From positions 68,460 to 132,459 of IMG/VR virus record IMGVR_UViG_3300007609_000005: DNA of 64,000 nt. The stretch is one strand, 5' to 3'. This stretch comes from a virus. The notes below the pieces were generated by a model. That model had not been told where the DNA came from. It searched no databases and saw only the letters and a list, made by a program, of their open reading frames with translations. Positions 20,298-30,673 of this stretch are shown here, in pieces. The position numbers and the translations under genes are program-made. Each line of letters starts with the position of its first letter. Position 1 is the first letter of the stretch.

Positions 20298-20403
20298 GTA
20301 TTATTCAATACATTTTTCACAAATTGTCTCATTTTTTTTAATTTACATATAAACTTTGCCAACTTTAATGCATATATTACACATCGATGCCGTTGAAACC
20401 AAA

Positions 20404-20418
20404 TGGCATTGAAATTGT
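20404..20418 (+). promoter_or_regulatory. sigma54-like -24/-12 promoter for dnaK
   Basis: TGGCATTGAAATTGT matches the spacing of TGGCACG-N4-TTGC. Confidence 0.5.
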
Positions 20419-20445
20419 ACATAGAACATAAAAACAATATAAATT

Positions 20446-22326
20446 ATGAGTAAAGAAACAACAATAATAGGAATCGACCTCGGAACAACAAACTCTGCTG
20501 TATCCGTTGTAGAAAATGGAGAATCAGTTATCATACCCAACAGTGAGGGCAAAAGAACTACACCTTCCATTATAGCATTCACCAAAGACGAAAGAAAAGT
20601 TGGTGATTCTGCTAAAAGACAAGCAGTTACCAATCCAGAAAAAACAATCTATTCAATTAAAAGATTTATCGGTAAAGATTTTACAAAATGTAAGGATGAA
20701 GTAAAACGTGTCCCATACAAAGTTACTAAGACCGGTAACAACGTACCTGCTGTATCAATTGATGATAAGAACTATACACCTCAGGAAATTTCTGCAATGG
20801 TCTTACAGAAGATGAAAAAGACCGCAGAGGATTATCTTGGACATGATGTTGAAAGAGCAGTCGTGACAGTACCCGCATATTTTGGGGATGCTGAACGACA
20901 AGCAACAATCGAAGCCGGTGAAATTGCCGGGCTTAAAATTGAGAGAATTATCAATGAACCAACTGCTGCTTCTCTTGCATATGGTCTTGATAAAAAGGCC
21001 AATGATACCAAGATCCTTGTGTTTGACCTTGGTGGCGGAACACATGACGTATCAATCCTTGATATTGGTGATGGTGTATTTGAAGTACTTGCGACCGAAG
21101 GAGATGTTCATTTAGGTGGAGATGATTTTGATAACAAGATTATTGACCATATGGTTAATGATTTCAAATCACAACATAACTTGGATGTATCCAAAGACCC
21201 AATGGCACTACAAAGACTTAAAGAAGCAGCAGAAAAGGCAAAAATTGAGTTATCTTCATCAACATCAACAGATATCAATTTGCCATACTTGATGCCTGGT
21301 TCAGATGGTGTCCCTGTACATTATACATCAACGATGACCAGATCAGACTTTAACAAGATCACATCTGACCTTGTTGACCGAGCAATTTCAAGTGCTAAGA
21401 AAGCACTGAAAGCCAAAAAACTAAAAAAGGATGATATCAGTGAGATTATCCTTGTAGGTGGTTCAACACGAATCCCTGCTATTCAAGAAGCACTTAAAAA
21501 AGAATTCGGCAAAGAACCAAACAAGAGTGTAAATCCCGATGAAGTTGTTGCTATGGGTGCTGCTATTCAAGGTGCTGTACTTACAGGAACAATAAATGAT
21601 GTCCTCTTACTTGATGTAACACCACTCTCACTTGGTATTGAAACAATGGGAGGTGTTTTCACCAAATTGATCGAGGCAAATACAACCATCCCAACAAAGA
21701 AATCAGAAACATTTTCAACGGCTGCTGATAACCAACCATCGGTTGAGGTACATGTTCTTCAAGGAGAAAGACCAATGGCAAAAGATAATAAATCACTTGG
21801 TCGTTTCCACTTAGATGGAATTATGCCTGCCCCAAGAGGAATTCCTCAGATTGAAGTTCTCTTTGATATTGATGCAAACGGAGTCCTATCTGTATCTGCA
21901 AAAGACAATGCATCCGGCAAAGAAAACCAAATCCGTATTGAAGGTGGTTCTCAATTATCAGAAGAAGAAATAGAAAGAATGAAGGCGGAAGCCGAAGAAA
22001 ATGCAGAGGCTGATAGAGTTGAAAAGGAAAAAGTTGATAAATTGAACACTGCAGATACTCTCATCTTCCAAACAGAGAAACAGATCAAGGAATTCGAGGA
22101 CAAACTTGAAGATTCTGATAAAGAAGAACTAAATGAGAAATTGGAAAGCCTCCGTGAATCATATAAATCACAAGATATTGATTCAATAGATGAATCTGTT
22201 GAGGCATTAAACACAACGTGGACATCCATCTCACAAAAATTGTATCAACAAACAGAGTCAACTGATACACCAGGAGAAACCGGTGATGATGACGTAACAG
22301 ATGTTGATTTCGAAGAGGTGAAGTAA
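20446..22326 (+). CDS. dnaK: chaperone DnaK (Hsp70)
   Basis: [42 protein letters not shown]-terminal DVDFEEVK. Confidence 0.99.
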   Translation: MSKETTIIGIDLGTTNSAVSVVENGESVIIPNSEGKRTTPSIIAFTKDERKVGDSAKRQAVTNPEKTIYSIKRFIGKDFTKCKDEVKRVPYKVTKTGNNVPAVSIDDKNYTPQEISAMVLQKMKKTAEDYLGHDVERAVVTVPAYFGDAERQATIEAGEIAGLKIERIINEPTAASLAYGLDKKANDTKILVFDLGGGTHDVSILDIGDGVFEVLATEGDVHLGGDDFDNKIIDHMVNDFKSQHNLDVSKDPMALQRLKEAAEKAKIELSSSTSTDINLPYLMPGSDGVPVHYTSTMTRSDFNKITSDLVDRAISSAKKALKAKKLKKDDISEIILVGGSTRIPAIQEALKKEFGKEPNKSVNPDEVVAMGAAIQGAVLTGTINDVLLLDVTPLSLGIETMGGVFTKLIEANTTIPTKKSETFSTAADNQPSVEVHVLQGERPMAKDNKSLGRFHLDGIMPAPRGIPQIEVLFDIDANGVLSVSAKDNASGKENQIRIEGGSQLSEEEIERMKAEAEENAEADRVEKEKVDKLNTADTLIFQTEKQIKEFEDKLEDSDKEELNEKLESLRESYKSQDIDSIDESVEALNTTWTSISQKLYQQTESTDTPGETGDDDVTDVDFEEVK

Positions 22327-22332
22327 GTTAAA

Positions 22333-22362
22333 TTGGCCGGGTACTTTATGGTATCCGGTCAA
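22333..22362 (+). terminator. hairpin after dnaK (probable terminator)
   Basis: TTGGCCGGGTAC-TTTATG-GTATCCGGTCAA stem with G-T pairs; no U tract on the + strand. Confidence 0.45.
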
Positions 22363-22491
22363 AATAATACCAAGAAACGTTATAAATTCAGTGACAAATT
22401 CAAATATATCAAGAAAGATTAATGACTTTTTTGAAACTTAATTGATACCCAACCTTATAAGAGTACATACAAAAAAGAATAAAAATCACAT

Positions 22492-22980
22492 ATGACAATT
22501 AAAGTTTATCCAGAAGACCTCATAAAATTAGGAGTATGGGACTCTTATGTTTATTATGTTGTAGGATCAGAATCCGAAGCAGAAGAACAACTTAAAAAGA
22601 ATGAAGAATTTGAAATCAAAGACACCGATGCATTGGTCATTGGACTATTGAAAGTTATCGAAACCAACAACCTCATTCACAGATTGAATGGTTATGTGAC
22701 AGACTTCTTAACAAATAAGTCAAGTAAGATGCAGGGGAAAGCACTCATTCGCAAAAAACTCATACTCAGTGCCTTTGATAAGTTCCGTAACAAATACCCA
22801 TCTTATTGGGATGCCCCAATAGATTACAAGAATGGCATTGATAATATGGATAAGTATATTGAATCAGTTGTGGAAAAAATAGAGAATTTAGAAACACATA
22901 AAGTGACTATTCAATTCGGAACTTTTGAATACCTTAGTTCAAAACAAGTTAAAAAATTATTAGAATTCAATTATCAATGA
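22492..22980 (+). CDS. hypothetical protein
   Basis: 162-aa ORF after AAACTT-N16-TATAA (22434-22460). Confidence 0.75.
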   Translation: MTIKVYPEDLIKLGVWDSYVYYVVGSESEAEEQLKKNEEFEIKDTDALVIGLLKVIETNNLIHRLNGYVTDFLTNKSSKMQGKALIRKKLILSAFDKFRNKYPSYWDAPIDYKNGIDNMDKYIESVVEKIENLETHKVTIQFGTFEYLSSKQVKKLLEFNYQ

Positions 22981-23498
22981 TGGAAACAAAAAGCATTCAA
23001 AATATCCAAGATAAGATAACAGTAGACCAAGATGGAAATCCGGTCATTATCACTGACCAAGATGGAAACAAACATAATTTGCAAAAACTTCTTGATGATT
23101 ATGCAAATTACAAAACCGAAGATCTTAAATTAAGGAACATTGCTGAGATTTCAAACATTAAGAAAAGAAAAGCCATTGAACTAAGAGATAGGACTGATAA
23201 GGTGAAGTTTGATTCACTTGAATCACTTATTGAATTAGATGACGACTTTTACAAAGCATCTAAAATGCTCAATGATGAACAACTTGCAATCATCAAACCC
23301 TTTAACGATAAACTGAAAGGAATTCTAACCAAGAATGGTATATCTGATATAGAACCAAGTGAATATGATTCAGACCAACAAGAAGTAATTTCTGTTGTTC
23401 AATCAAACCAAAATAAGATTGATGTTATATCAAAAGGCTATAAAATAGGTGAACATATATTAAGACACCCAAAAGTAGTTTTATTTAAAAATGCCTAA
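22977..23498 (+). CDS. grpE: nucleotide exchange factor GrpE (divergent)
   Basis: DDYANYK, C-terminal ISKGYKIGEHILRHPKVVL; lies between dnaK and dnaJ. Confidence 0.8.
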   Translation: MMETKSIQNIQDKITVDQDGNPVIITDQDGNKHNLQKLLDDYANYKTEDLKLRNIAEISNIKKRKAIELRDRTDKVKFDSLESLIELDDDFYKASKMLNDEQLAIIKPFNDKLKGILTKNGISDIEPSEYDSDQQEVISVVQSNQNKIDVISKGYKIGEHILRHPKVVLFKNA

Positions 23499-23943
23499 TG
23501 TCGATAGAACATTTGACTACAACCACCCAAGATTAGACAATGGTCAATATAACAAAGCATCTATTATACACTATATGAATTTTGATAGATTCGAATCACT
23601 TGAACACTTAGACGAAGGCACATTCACTCTTATGTTTCATAGGATATACACTGATGTGTATTTAGATACACCCGAAATATTGAACAATAAGAAAGATAGA
23701 TTGAATCTCTTCCAACTGTTATTTGATTGGGAGGAATTTTATGACATAGCATATAAACAGGCCATAGAAAACAGTAACATATTTGATAATTTTGATCATG
23801 TTGATAAAGACATTAAACTTTTATACACGATATCAGATAATCATGTTGGTAAAATATTAGAACAAACTATGAATGTTTTACAAGAAGATGTTAAAAAGGA
23901 AATAAGAAGATTGAAAATGCAAAAAATAACTGATCAGAAATGA
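23491..23943 (+). CDS. hypothetical protein (weak C-terminal tag)
   Basis: Ends [14 protein letters not shown]. Confidence 0.65.
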   Translation: MPNVDRTFDYNHPRLDNGQYNKASIIHYMNFDRFESLEHLDEGTFTLMFHRIYTDVYLDTPEILNNKKDRLNLFQLLFDWEEFYDIAYKQAIENSNIFDNFDHVDKDIKLLYTISDNHVGKILEQTMNVLQEDVKKEIRRLKMQKITDQK

Positions 23944-25001
23944 ACACAGAATATTATGATATACTAGGCGTGAATAAAAATGCCACAAAAGATGAAATTA
24001 AAAAAGCATATCGTAAGATGGCAGTTAAATATCATCCAGATAAGAACCCTGATAATCCAGAGGCAGAGGACAAATTTAAAAAGGCTGCCGAAGCATATGA
24101 AGTTTTATCAGATGATAATAAGAAACAACAGTATGACCGATTCGGTAAAGCCGGGTCCGGACAAGGCTTTGGTGGTGGATTTTCCATGGATGATATTTTT
24201 AGCCAATTCGGTGATATATTCGGTGGTGGTTTCGGTGGTGGTGGTTTCGGTGGACAAACTCACCGAAGAAGAAGAAGAGGTAACGACCTAAGAATAAACG
24301 TAGAACTTACACTTAATGATATTATAAATGGTTGCACAAAAAAACTAAAATACACAAGAAAAGTTGAGTGTTCAAGTTGTAATGGACAAGGTGGGACAGA
24401 TGTGGTGAATTGTGGTCAGTGCAAGGGTTCTGGGCATGTTGTTTATACACAACAAACAAACTTCGGAACAATACAACAGTCATATACCTGCCCAAAATGT
24501 CAAGGTGAGGGAAACGAAATCAAAAATGTATGTGGTAGTTGTAATGGATCAGGAACAAAAAAGAGTACCGAAATAATTGAAGTTGAAATACCTAAGGGAG
24601 CAACTGAGGGAACATATTTAAAAAAGCCACTATCCGGACATTACACGAAAAATGGAGATTTTGGTGACCTACATATACAAATATCTGAAAAACCTGAATT
24701 CAATTACATAAGAGATGGATTAAATTTAGTCCATATTGAAACTATTTCAATTATTGATGCTATAATTGGATGTAAAAAAGAACTTACACTACCAGATGGA
24801 ACAAAAACCACATATAAGATCAACCCGGGGACTGAACACGGATCTGATGTCGTATTACGTGGAAAAGGGATTCCTGATGTCAATGGGCATTACCAACCAG
24901 GAGACATTGTTATACGTTTTGGTATAAATATCCCAACAAGTATAACAAGAGAAGAAAGGGAATTAGTAGAACAATTAAGAAACCATAAAAACTTTAAATA
25001 A
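23940..25001 (+). CDS. dnaJ: chaperone DnaJ
   Basis: J-domain with HPD, G/F-rich region, four CxxCxGxG repeats. Confidence 0.98.
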   Translation: MNTEYYDILGVNKNATKDEIKKAYRKMAVKYHPDKNPDNPEAEDKFKKAAEAYEVLSDDNKKQQYDRFGKAGSGQGFGGGFSMDDIFSQFGDIFGGGFGGGGFGGQTHRRRRRGNDLRINVELTLNDIINGCTKKLKYTRKVECSSCNGQGGTDVVNCGQCKGSGHVVYTQQTNFGTIQQSYTCPKCQGEGNEIKNVCGSCNGSGTKKSTEIIEVEIPKGATEGTYLKKPLSGHYTKNGDFGDLHIQISEKPEFNYIRDGLNLVHIETISIIDAIIGCKKELTLPDGTKTTYKINPGTEHGSDVVLRGKGIPDVNGHYQPGDIVIRFGINIPTSITREERELVEQLRNHKNFK

Positions 25002-25669
25002 TGAGAGACTTATTCCATTTTGATATTGAAACAGCAGGAAATTACCCCACTTGGGATGAATTTGAACTTAATGACCAAAGAGGTGCAGACCTATTCAGAA
25101 AGAAATATGATAACTATTGGATAGAAAGATATGATACAATAGAAGAAGCATATACTTCACTTGCACCAGTAGTTTCTACATTCGGTAGAATCTGTTGTAT
25201 ATCTTGTGGTTATTGGAGTGGCGATGAGAAACGTATAAGGTCATCCACTTCCACTACCAATGACGAAAAGGATATATTATTAGACTTTAAGAAAACACTT
25301 GAACAGATTGAAGTTAAGAACTTTGATCTCACTGGCTTTCGAATACGATATTTCGACATCCCATTTGTTTTACACCGAATGCACAAATATGACATAAAAC
25401 CACCTTCAATACTTCAAATATATGATAAAAAGCCTTGGGAGATGAGAGTCCGGGATATTTCGGATGATTGGAGGCAAAGTTTTGCACGAGCATTCTCATT
25501 CGATGAAGTGTGTTATGAGTTGGACTTGGAAAGTCCGAAGGATGAAATTAATGGATCAGAAGTCCATAATGAGTTTTGGAAACAAACACCCCAATCACTT
25601 GAAAGAATAAAAGTATATTGTGAAAAGGATGTTTCTTCTTCCCTTGATGTTGAACGTAAAATGTATTAA
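25001..25669 (+). CDS. PolB-like 3'-5' exonuclease (DEDD)
   Basis: FDIET, GRICCISCG, FDIPF, SPKDEINGSEV, YCEKDV. Confidence 0.85.
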   Translation: MRDLFHFDIETAGNYPTWDEFELNDQRGADLFRKKYDNYWIERYDTIEEAYTSLAPVVSTFGRICCISCGYWSGDEKRIRSSTSTTNDEKDILLDFKKTLEQIEVKNFDLTGFRIRYFDIPFVLHRMHKYDIKPPSILQIYDKKPWEMRVRDISDDWRQSFARAFSFDEVCYELDLESPKDEINGSEVHNEFWKQTPQSLERIKVYCEKDVSSSLDVERKMY

Positions 25670-25758
25670 TCATGACTGATTCAGCCACAGCAAGAGATAA
25701 CTCCATAGTGTACTCGGAATATATTTTTAAAAGATTATAATATCCAAAGCAATAAAAA

Positions 25759-26109
25759 ATGAAAGGAAAAAAGAAATTTTTTTATAACGAAGAAGAATTA
25801 GATAGAATTCTAATAAACATAATAAACTCAGATAAGAGTTACATCAAAAAGGTTAAAGCACTCGAAAAATATACCAAAAGTGCCAAGGAAAATCGATACG
25901 GTAAATGGGAATTGGGTGGTGCAGAAGAAATGGAACACATATGTGAATATTTTGACTCTGAATATGAACTTATTGAACGGGGGCACCAACTTGAAAAGGA
26001 ATCCAAAAAATCCGCAGATATAGATGTAACAAAGTTATGGGTCACAAAACCAGATGGAACTGAATATTGCCTTTGTGATAAACTATGGGAACGTAATCTT
26101 GAATTTTAA
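25759..26109 (+). CDS. hypothetical protein
   Basis: 116-aa ORF. Confidence 0.65.
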   Translation: MKGKKKFFYNEEELDRILINIINSDKSYIKKVKALEKYTKSAKENRYGKWELGGAEEMEHICEYFDSEYELIERGHQLEKESKKSADIDVTKLWVTKPDGTEYCLCDKLWERNLEF

Positions 26110-26112
26110 TAC

Positions 26113-26283
26113 ATGAGCAATGAAGGAGAATATAACCCAGATAAAGAGTTTACCAAACATGAATTGGCATTAGAAGTGTTAAAACTTGTTAATAATTTCA
26201 AATCTGATAATTATGAACTTAGTGAAGATGATAAATTGGCAGTACTCGCCAAATTGGTCAGTAAAAATTTAGATAATAGGTAA
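26113..26283 (+). CDS. small hypothetical protein (56 aa, not in the ORF track)
   Basis: MSNEGEYNPDKEFTKHELALEVLK...NLDNR* fills the gap exactly. Confidence 0.55.
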   Translation: MSNEGEYNPDKEFTKHELALEVLKLVNNFKSDNYELSEDDKLAVLAKLVSKNLDNR

Positions 26284-26285
26284 TA

Positions 26286-26558
26286 CTACTTGCCATCAAG
26301 TATAGCATTAAGTTTATTATTTCTAGTAGCCTTTGCATCAATCGTAAGCCAATGTACGCCTAGTTCAGTATACTTATCAAGTGCTATGACGTAACAGTTG
26401 TATGAATACCATTCTTCATTGGTTTCCTTAGAAATGTTGTGAATAATTGATGTTATACGAACTTTATTTTCACTAAATATTTCTTTAGTTGCATTTTCTC
26501 TGAAACTAAAGCTACAATCACAAATATCACCCACCATGAATTTTGGTTTCTTTTCCAT
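26286..26558 (-). CDS. SH3/KOW-like hypothetical protein with C-terminal tag
   Basis: Likely start MEKKPKFMVGD, 5 nt after TATATTTG (26564-26571); ends ATRNNKLNAILDGK. Confidence 0.7.
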   Translation of the reverse strand: MEKKPKFMVGDICDCSFSFRENATKEIFSENKVRITSIIHNISKETNEEWYSYNCYVIALDKYTELGVHWLTIDAKATRNNKLNAILDGK

Positions 26559-26595
26559 ACTTACAAATATAAAAATTATTCTACAATTTCGAAAT

Positions 26596-28812
26596 CTATA
26601 ATTCCAACATAAAAACACTCCCTTCTTCTTTGAATAAATAGTTCTGATATGCATCTTCTGCCAGAAATGGTGTCATTGGTGCTAAGACTCTCAACATCTT
26701 ATCTACACAATTCTTCAAAACATATTGACAATTCCGCCTCTCATTACTATCAAGATCATATTCATATAGGAATGATTTTGTTGCATCGTCAAGGTAGAAA
26801 CTCGACAACTCAGATACCCATGTAACCAATTCTCTTAGTACGAATTTAAATTCATACTCTTCATAATATTTCATAGAATCAACATACATTTTATTTGTCA
26901 TATCCAATACTTTCTTACCTCTATCAGATAAGTCGAGTGTATGGTCAACATCATAGCCATACATATTACCTAATAAGTATTTCATTGTATTTCGTAACTT
27001 GAAGTAATAACTAGCACATGTCTTTAATACATCATCACCGAGTGTTACATCATTCCCATAACTTGTCTGCGCCACCCACAACCTCAACACATCAGTATTG
27101 AACTTATCTTGTACATCTTTTGGATCAACAACATTCTTCATTGATTTACTCATCTTATGACCATTTTGATCAAGAACAAACCCATGTGTAAGAACCTTTT
27201 TATAAGGGGCTTTACCCATCGATGCAACAGATGTTAAGAGAGATGATTGGTACCACCCTCTGAACTGATCAGAGCCTTCGAGGTAGAGGTCTGAAACTTT
27301 ACCATCCATAACAGACAACCAAGACGACCCAGAGTCAAACCACACATCCAACGTATAAGTACATTTTTCCAACCCCATATTATGAAATTCAGTTGGTAGG
27401 AGTTCTTTATCTGTCATAGAAAACCACACATCTGAACCAAGTTCATTAAATAACTTATATAGATGTTTGTAAACTTTATCATCAGTGAATGGGTTTCCGT
27501 CTTTTAAGAAAACTGCCAACGGAAACCCCCATTGTCTTTGCCGGGATAAGCACCAACAATCTCTTCCCCTCAACATATTTGTTAGGCGATTACGCCACCT
27601 TTCTTCGGTCATATCAACACCATCCAATGCCTCTAATGCATCACCACTAAGTCCTTTTAAATCCAAGAAAAATTGTTCGGTCAATCGATAATAAACTGGC
27701 TTTTTTGTTCGCCAATCATGTGGATATGAGTGTGTGTATTCTTCTTTCTTTACCAGCATATCACATTTATCCATATCATCAACTACTTTAACAGAATGAT
27801 CAAGACAAAATGTTCCATCAACCCGACCCCCATTATCAGTAAGATCAACACCACTTAACCCATTCTTCTTACACACTTCGTAATCATCATCACCATGTGC
27901 AGGACACAAATGCACAAGTCCAGTACCACTATCCGCCCTTACAAATTTATCACATAGAACAACACCACGATTGCCAGTAAGTGGATTAGTGTATTCAAGA
28001 CCTTCTAATTTCTCACCCAAATACTCATCAACATCAACACCACTCAATAAATCACATTCTTGATGAAGAACGTAAGTTGTTTGGTTAACTGAAACTTCCT
28101 TATATGATAATTTGGGATTCACACAAACCGCCATATTACCAAGAACAGTCCATGGTTGTGTTGTCCAACATACAAGTTTTCTACCATCATCCAAGTCTAA
28201 CGTAAAATATGCAGATACATCAGTTCGATCTTTATATTCCAACTCAGACTCTGCAAGTACAGTTCTCGTTGATGGTGAATAATGCACTGGTCGAGTGTCC
28301 AGATAAACAAGACCCTTATTCAATAAATCATACAGAAGTCCCAATTGTTTAACTTCATATTCCTTGGAATTTGTCTGATAGTGATTATCCCAATCACCGA
28401 ACACGCCAAGAGATCTGAATGTAGCCATCTGTTTATCCACAAATGAATTTGCCAACTTGTGACACTCTTCCCTTAGTTCGAGTTGTGGTAACCTTTTTTT
28501 AACTTTTTTCTGTACGGCAAGTTCAGTTGGGAGTCCATGACAATCCCACCCGGGTCTGTAATCGACTTTGTACCCACTCATCATTTTATACTTTACAACC
28601 ATATCTTTCAGTACCTTGTTTAGTACATGGCCCACGTGAAGATCACCGTTGGCATATGGTGGTCCATCGTGAAGTAAGAATTCGGTTGAGTTCTTACTAT
28701 TCCTGTTATGTAGAACATCTTTCCACAGTTCTACCATTTCAGGTTCTTTCTTTTTATGTTCCGACCTTTGTGTAAAAGTCGTATCTGGCATATTTAGTTT
28801 TTTTGTTTTCAT
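26596..28812 (-). CDS. ileS: isoleucyl-tRNA synthetase (type 1), C-terminally shortened
   Basis: HDGPPYANGDLHVGH, PGWDCHGLP, WTTQPWT, GTGLVH, WCLSRQRQWG, EGSDQFRGW, KMSKS; start MKTKKLNMP. Confidence 0.97.
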   Translation of the reverse strand: MKTKKLNMPDTTFTQRSEHKKKEPEMVELWKDVLHNRNSKNSTEFLLHDGPPYANGDLHVGHVLNKVLKDMVVKYKMMSGYKVDYRPGWDCHGLPTELAVQKKVKKRLPQLELREECHKLANSFVDKQMATFRSLGVFGDWDNHYQTNSKEYEVKQLGLLYDLLNKGLVYLDTRPVHYSPSTRTVLAESELEYKDRTDVSAYFTLDLDDGRKLVCWTTQPWTVLGNMAVCVNPKLSYKEVSVNQTTYVLHQECDLLSGVDVDEYLGEKLEGLEYTNPLTGNRGVVLCDKFVRADSGTGLVHLCPAHGDDDYEVCKKNGLSGVDLTDNGGRVDGTFCLDHSVKVVDDMDKCDMLVKKEEYTHSYPHDWRTKKPVYYRLTEQFFLDLKGLSGDALEALDGVDMTEERWRNRLTNMLRGRDCWCLSRQRQWGFPLAVFLKDGNPFTDDKVYKHLYKLFNELGSDVWFSMTDKELLPTEFHNMGLEKCTYTLDVWFDSGSSWLSVMDGKVSDLYLEGSDQFRGWYQSSLLTSVASMGKAPYKKVLTHGFVLDQNGHKMSKSMKNVVDPKDVQDKFNTDVLRLWVAQTSYGNDVTLGDDVLKTCASYYFKLRNTMKYLLGNMYGYDVDHTLDLSDRGKKVLDMTNKMYVDSMKYYEEYEFKFVLRELVTWVSELSSFYLDDATKSFLYEYDLDSNERRNCQYVLKNCVDKMLRVLAPMTPFLAEDAYQNYLFKEEGSVFMLEL

Positions 28813-28845
28813 AATTTTAAATTTTGATTTTTGATTTTTTAAAGA

Positions 28846-28878
28846 ATAAAAAACCCAAGGACTTTTGATCCTTGGGTT
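28846..28878 (-). terminator. intrinsic terminator of the ileS attenuator
   Basis: AACCCAAGGA-TCAAAAG-TCCTTGGGTT followed by TTTTATT on the - strand. Confidence 0.85.
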
Positions 28879-28908
28879 GAAAATGGATGGTATGCACAAT
28901 AATTCACA

Positions 28909-28968
28909 TCACCATTGGAATATCCAAGGAGTTAATCTGTGAATTATAATTATACATGTGCTTCTCAT
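28909..28968 (-). CDS. ileS attenuator leader peptide MRSTCIIIIHRLTPWIFQW
   Basis: Four tandem Ile codons ATA ATT ATA ATT (28942-28953); internal TCCTTGG is complementary to the terminator 5' arm. Confidence 0.8.
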   Translation of the reverse strand: MRSTCIIIIHRLTPWIFQW

Positions 28969-28973
28969 ATGTT

Positions 28974-29897
28974 TTATATATTCTCCTTTAGTCTTTGTTT
29001 TCTAAACTTTTTTCTAAGTTTCATCCCATCGTTATAATTCAACTCTTTGATTACTCTCTTCCCACTCCTTGGATGGCTTATATATCTGGAAATGGTACTC
29101 TTACTAATCCCCGTACTTTCAGTCATTTCTTTACGTGTTCGGTAAACACCCATTAATTTATCATCTTCATAATGGGCAATCAATCTATCCATCTTCTTAC
29201 GGGTGTCTCCCGATTTCCATTTAAACCCTCTAGCAGAAACCCTTTGCCCTCTACAACACATACTTATATCGTTTTGTGCCGAGTTACTTAATCCTAATAA
29301 ATCAACGGCTTGTTTAGGACTTCTGAATTTATTAAGAACATTCCCCCTTCTATCCAATTGTACTACGGACTTACTACCTCTGAAGTTATAACCCCTCATT
29401 GGGTCCATTCGATAATTCTTATCATTCGTGAAATAACTACCATCCTTTGCAGAACGTTTTCGGTTCCCTATGAGCAATGATATTTCTGATTGATTATACC
29501 CGGTTTTCAAAGAACATTCAACTTGTGATCCATACTTACCCAACAACTTATTTTGGTGGTTGAAATGATAAACATTTTTATGTGGTTTTCTGAAATACTC
29601 CACATCAGTTGGTTTCTTTTTAACAACAACCAAATTTTCTTTTGTGTAATCAGTATTGCCACTTTTAAGGACTACACGTTCGTCATCCTTTAATCTCCGA
29701 TCATTGTACATTTCAAAAAACAAATTCTTTTTATATTGAAGTCTCCAATCATCAAGCAAAAATGGCGTTGCTATTTTATATTCATCTTCATCTTTAATAC
29801 GTTTCCATCTACCACCCGATTTCCACTTAGAATATAATTTCCCATCTTCGGTTAATTTGAAAACTTTCCTTGCACTTTCTCTATAATAAGTAGTCAT
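28974..29897 (-). CDS. NUMOD1-repeat homing-endonuclease-like DNA-binding protein
   Basis: Three NUMOD1-like repeats (e.g. VVQLDRRGNVLNKFRS...ISMCCRG..SARGFKWK); degenerate HNH-like DYTKENL; start MTTYYRES after TATATTTG at 29923-29930. Confidence 0.7.
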   Translation of the reverse strand: MTTYYRESARKVFKLTEDGKLYSKWKSGGRWKRIKDEDEYKIATPFLLDDWRLQYKKNLFFEMYNDRRLKDDERVVLKSGNTDYTKENLVVVKKKPTDVEYFRKPHKNVYHFNHQNKLLGKYGSQVECSLKTGYNQSEISLLIGNRKRSAKDGSYFTNDKNYRMDPMRGYNFRGSKSVVQLDRRGNVLNKFRSPKQAVDLLGLSNSAQNDISMCCRGQRVSARGFKWKSGDTRKKMDRLIAHYEDDKLMGVYRTRKEMTESTGISKSTISRYISHPRSGKRVIKELNYNDGMKLRKKFRKQRLKENI

Positions 29898-30014
29898 ATT
29901 TATTGTTTTTATATATAAGCCACAAATATAACAATAAATTATGAGAATAAATAGATTTGTAGCAATTAATGATATATTCAAGTCAGTCGGCAAATACCTT
30001 ATCAGATATATAAA

Positions 30015-30641
30015 TTAACTTTCATTATAACGAATTTCAAACAATTCATCATAACCGTCCCTTACTTTCAGTTGTATATCATCTGGAAGACTTTTTAGAA
30101 AAACACGATTGTCCAAAAAATATTTACTTGGCTCAATGGAATATTCAGAATTAAAAACACTTAGGTCATATTTCACATCATTACCTGCCCATTCTTCTCT
30201 TGAAATATTTTCCATTTCTATAAAATTCAAAATACTTTGCTTATCCAACTTCTCCACTTCTCCGGTTATTATGGATATTAAATAGTTTTCATTACCCATA
30301 GGGAGAGTTTTTTTATGCACCTGATCATCTTCATACAACCTACACCATATATTCCAAGCCCCACCACGAACACCACCATCCCTTGAAGGCATTAATGTTT
30401 TTGGATAAATGCTCATCATTGCATATAAATATACGTAATAGCCGAGACCCAACCCTTCTTTGGATGCCACACCACCAACATAGTTTATAGATTCATCTAA
30501 CACACCCATCCCTATCATTGATAGAACACCATAATCATCATCGGTAATAACTACAACTTGCCTATCTTGGTCAATTATTATCCTACAACCAACCAATTTG
30601 GTGTCTTCCTTAAAACTTTCCCATAGAAATAAATATTTCAT
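30015..30641 (-). CDS. GNAT-like putative virion protein
   Basis: MKYLFLWESFKE; KEGLGLGYYVY resembles an acetyl-CoA loop; late box 30646-30654. Confidence 0.5.
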   Translation of the reverse strand: MKYLFLWESFKEDTKLVGCRIIIDQDRQVVVITDDDYGVLSMIGMGVLDESINYVGGVASKEGLGLGYYVYLYAMMSIYPKTLMPSRDGGVRGGAWNIWCRLYEDDQVHKKTLPMGNENYLISIITGEVEKLDKQSILNFIEMENISREEWAGNDVKYDLSVFNSEYSIEPSKYFLDNRVFLKSLPDDIQLKVRDGYDELFEIRYNES

Positions 30642-30673
30642 TTATTATATATTATTATTATTATATTTGTGGA

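Noticed and set aside
24222-24255. GGTGGT repeat tract
   Set aside because: Encodes the normal G/F-rich linker of DnaJ.
28813-28899. 29-aa N-terminal extension of IleRS shown in the ORF track
   Set aside because: It runs through the terminator hairpin; the IleRS-like sequence begins at MKTKKLNMP (28812).
28813-28973. T-box riboswitch for ileS
   Set aside because: No UGGnACC T-box bulge or recognisable stem I; the leader-peptide model explains the elements.
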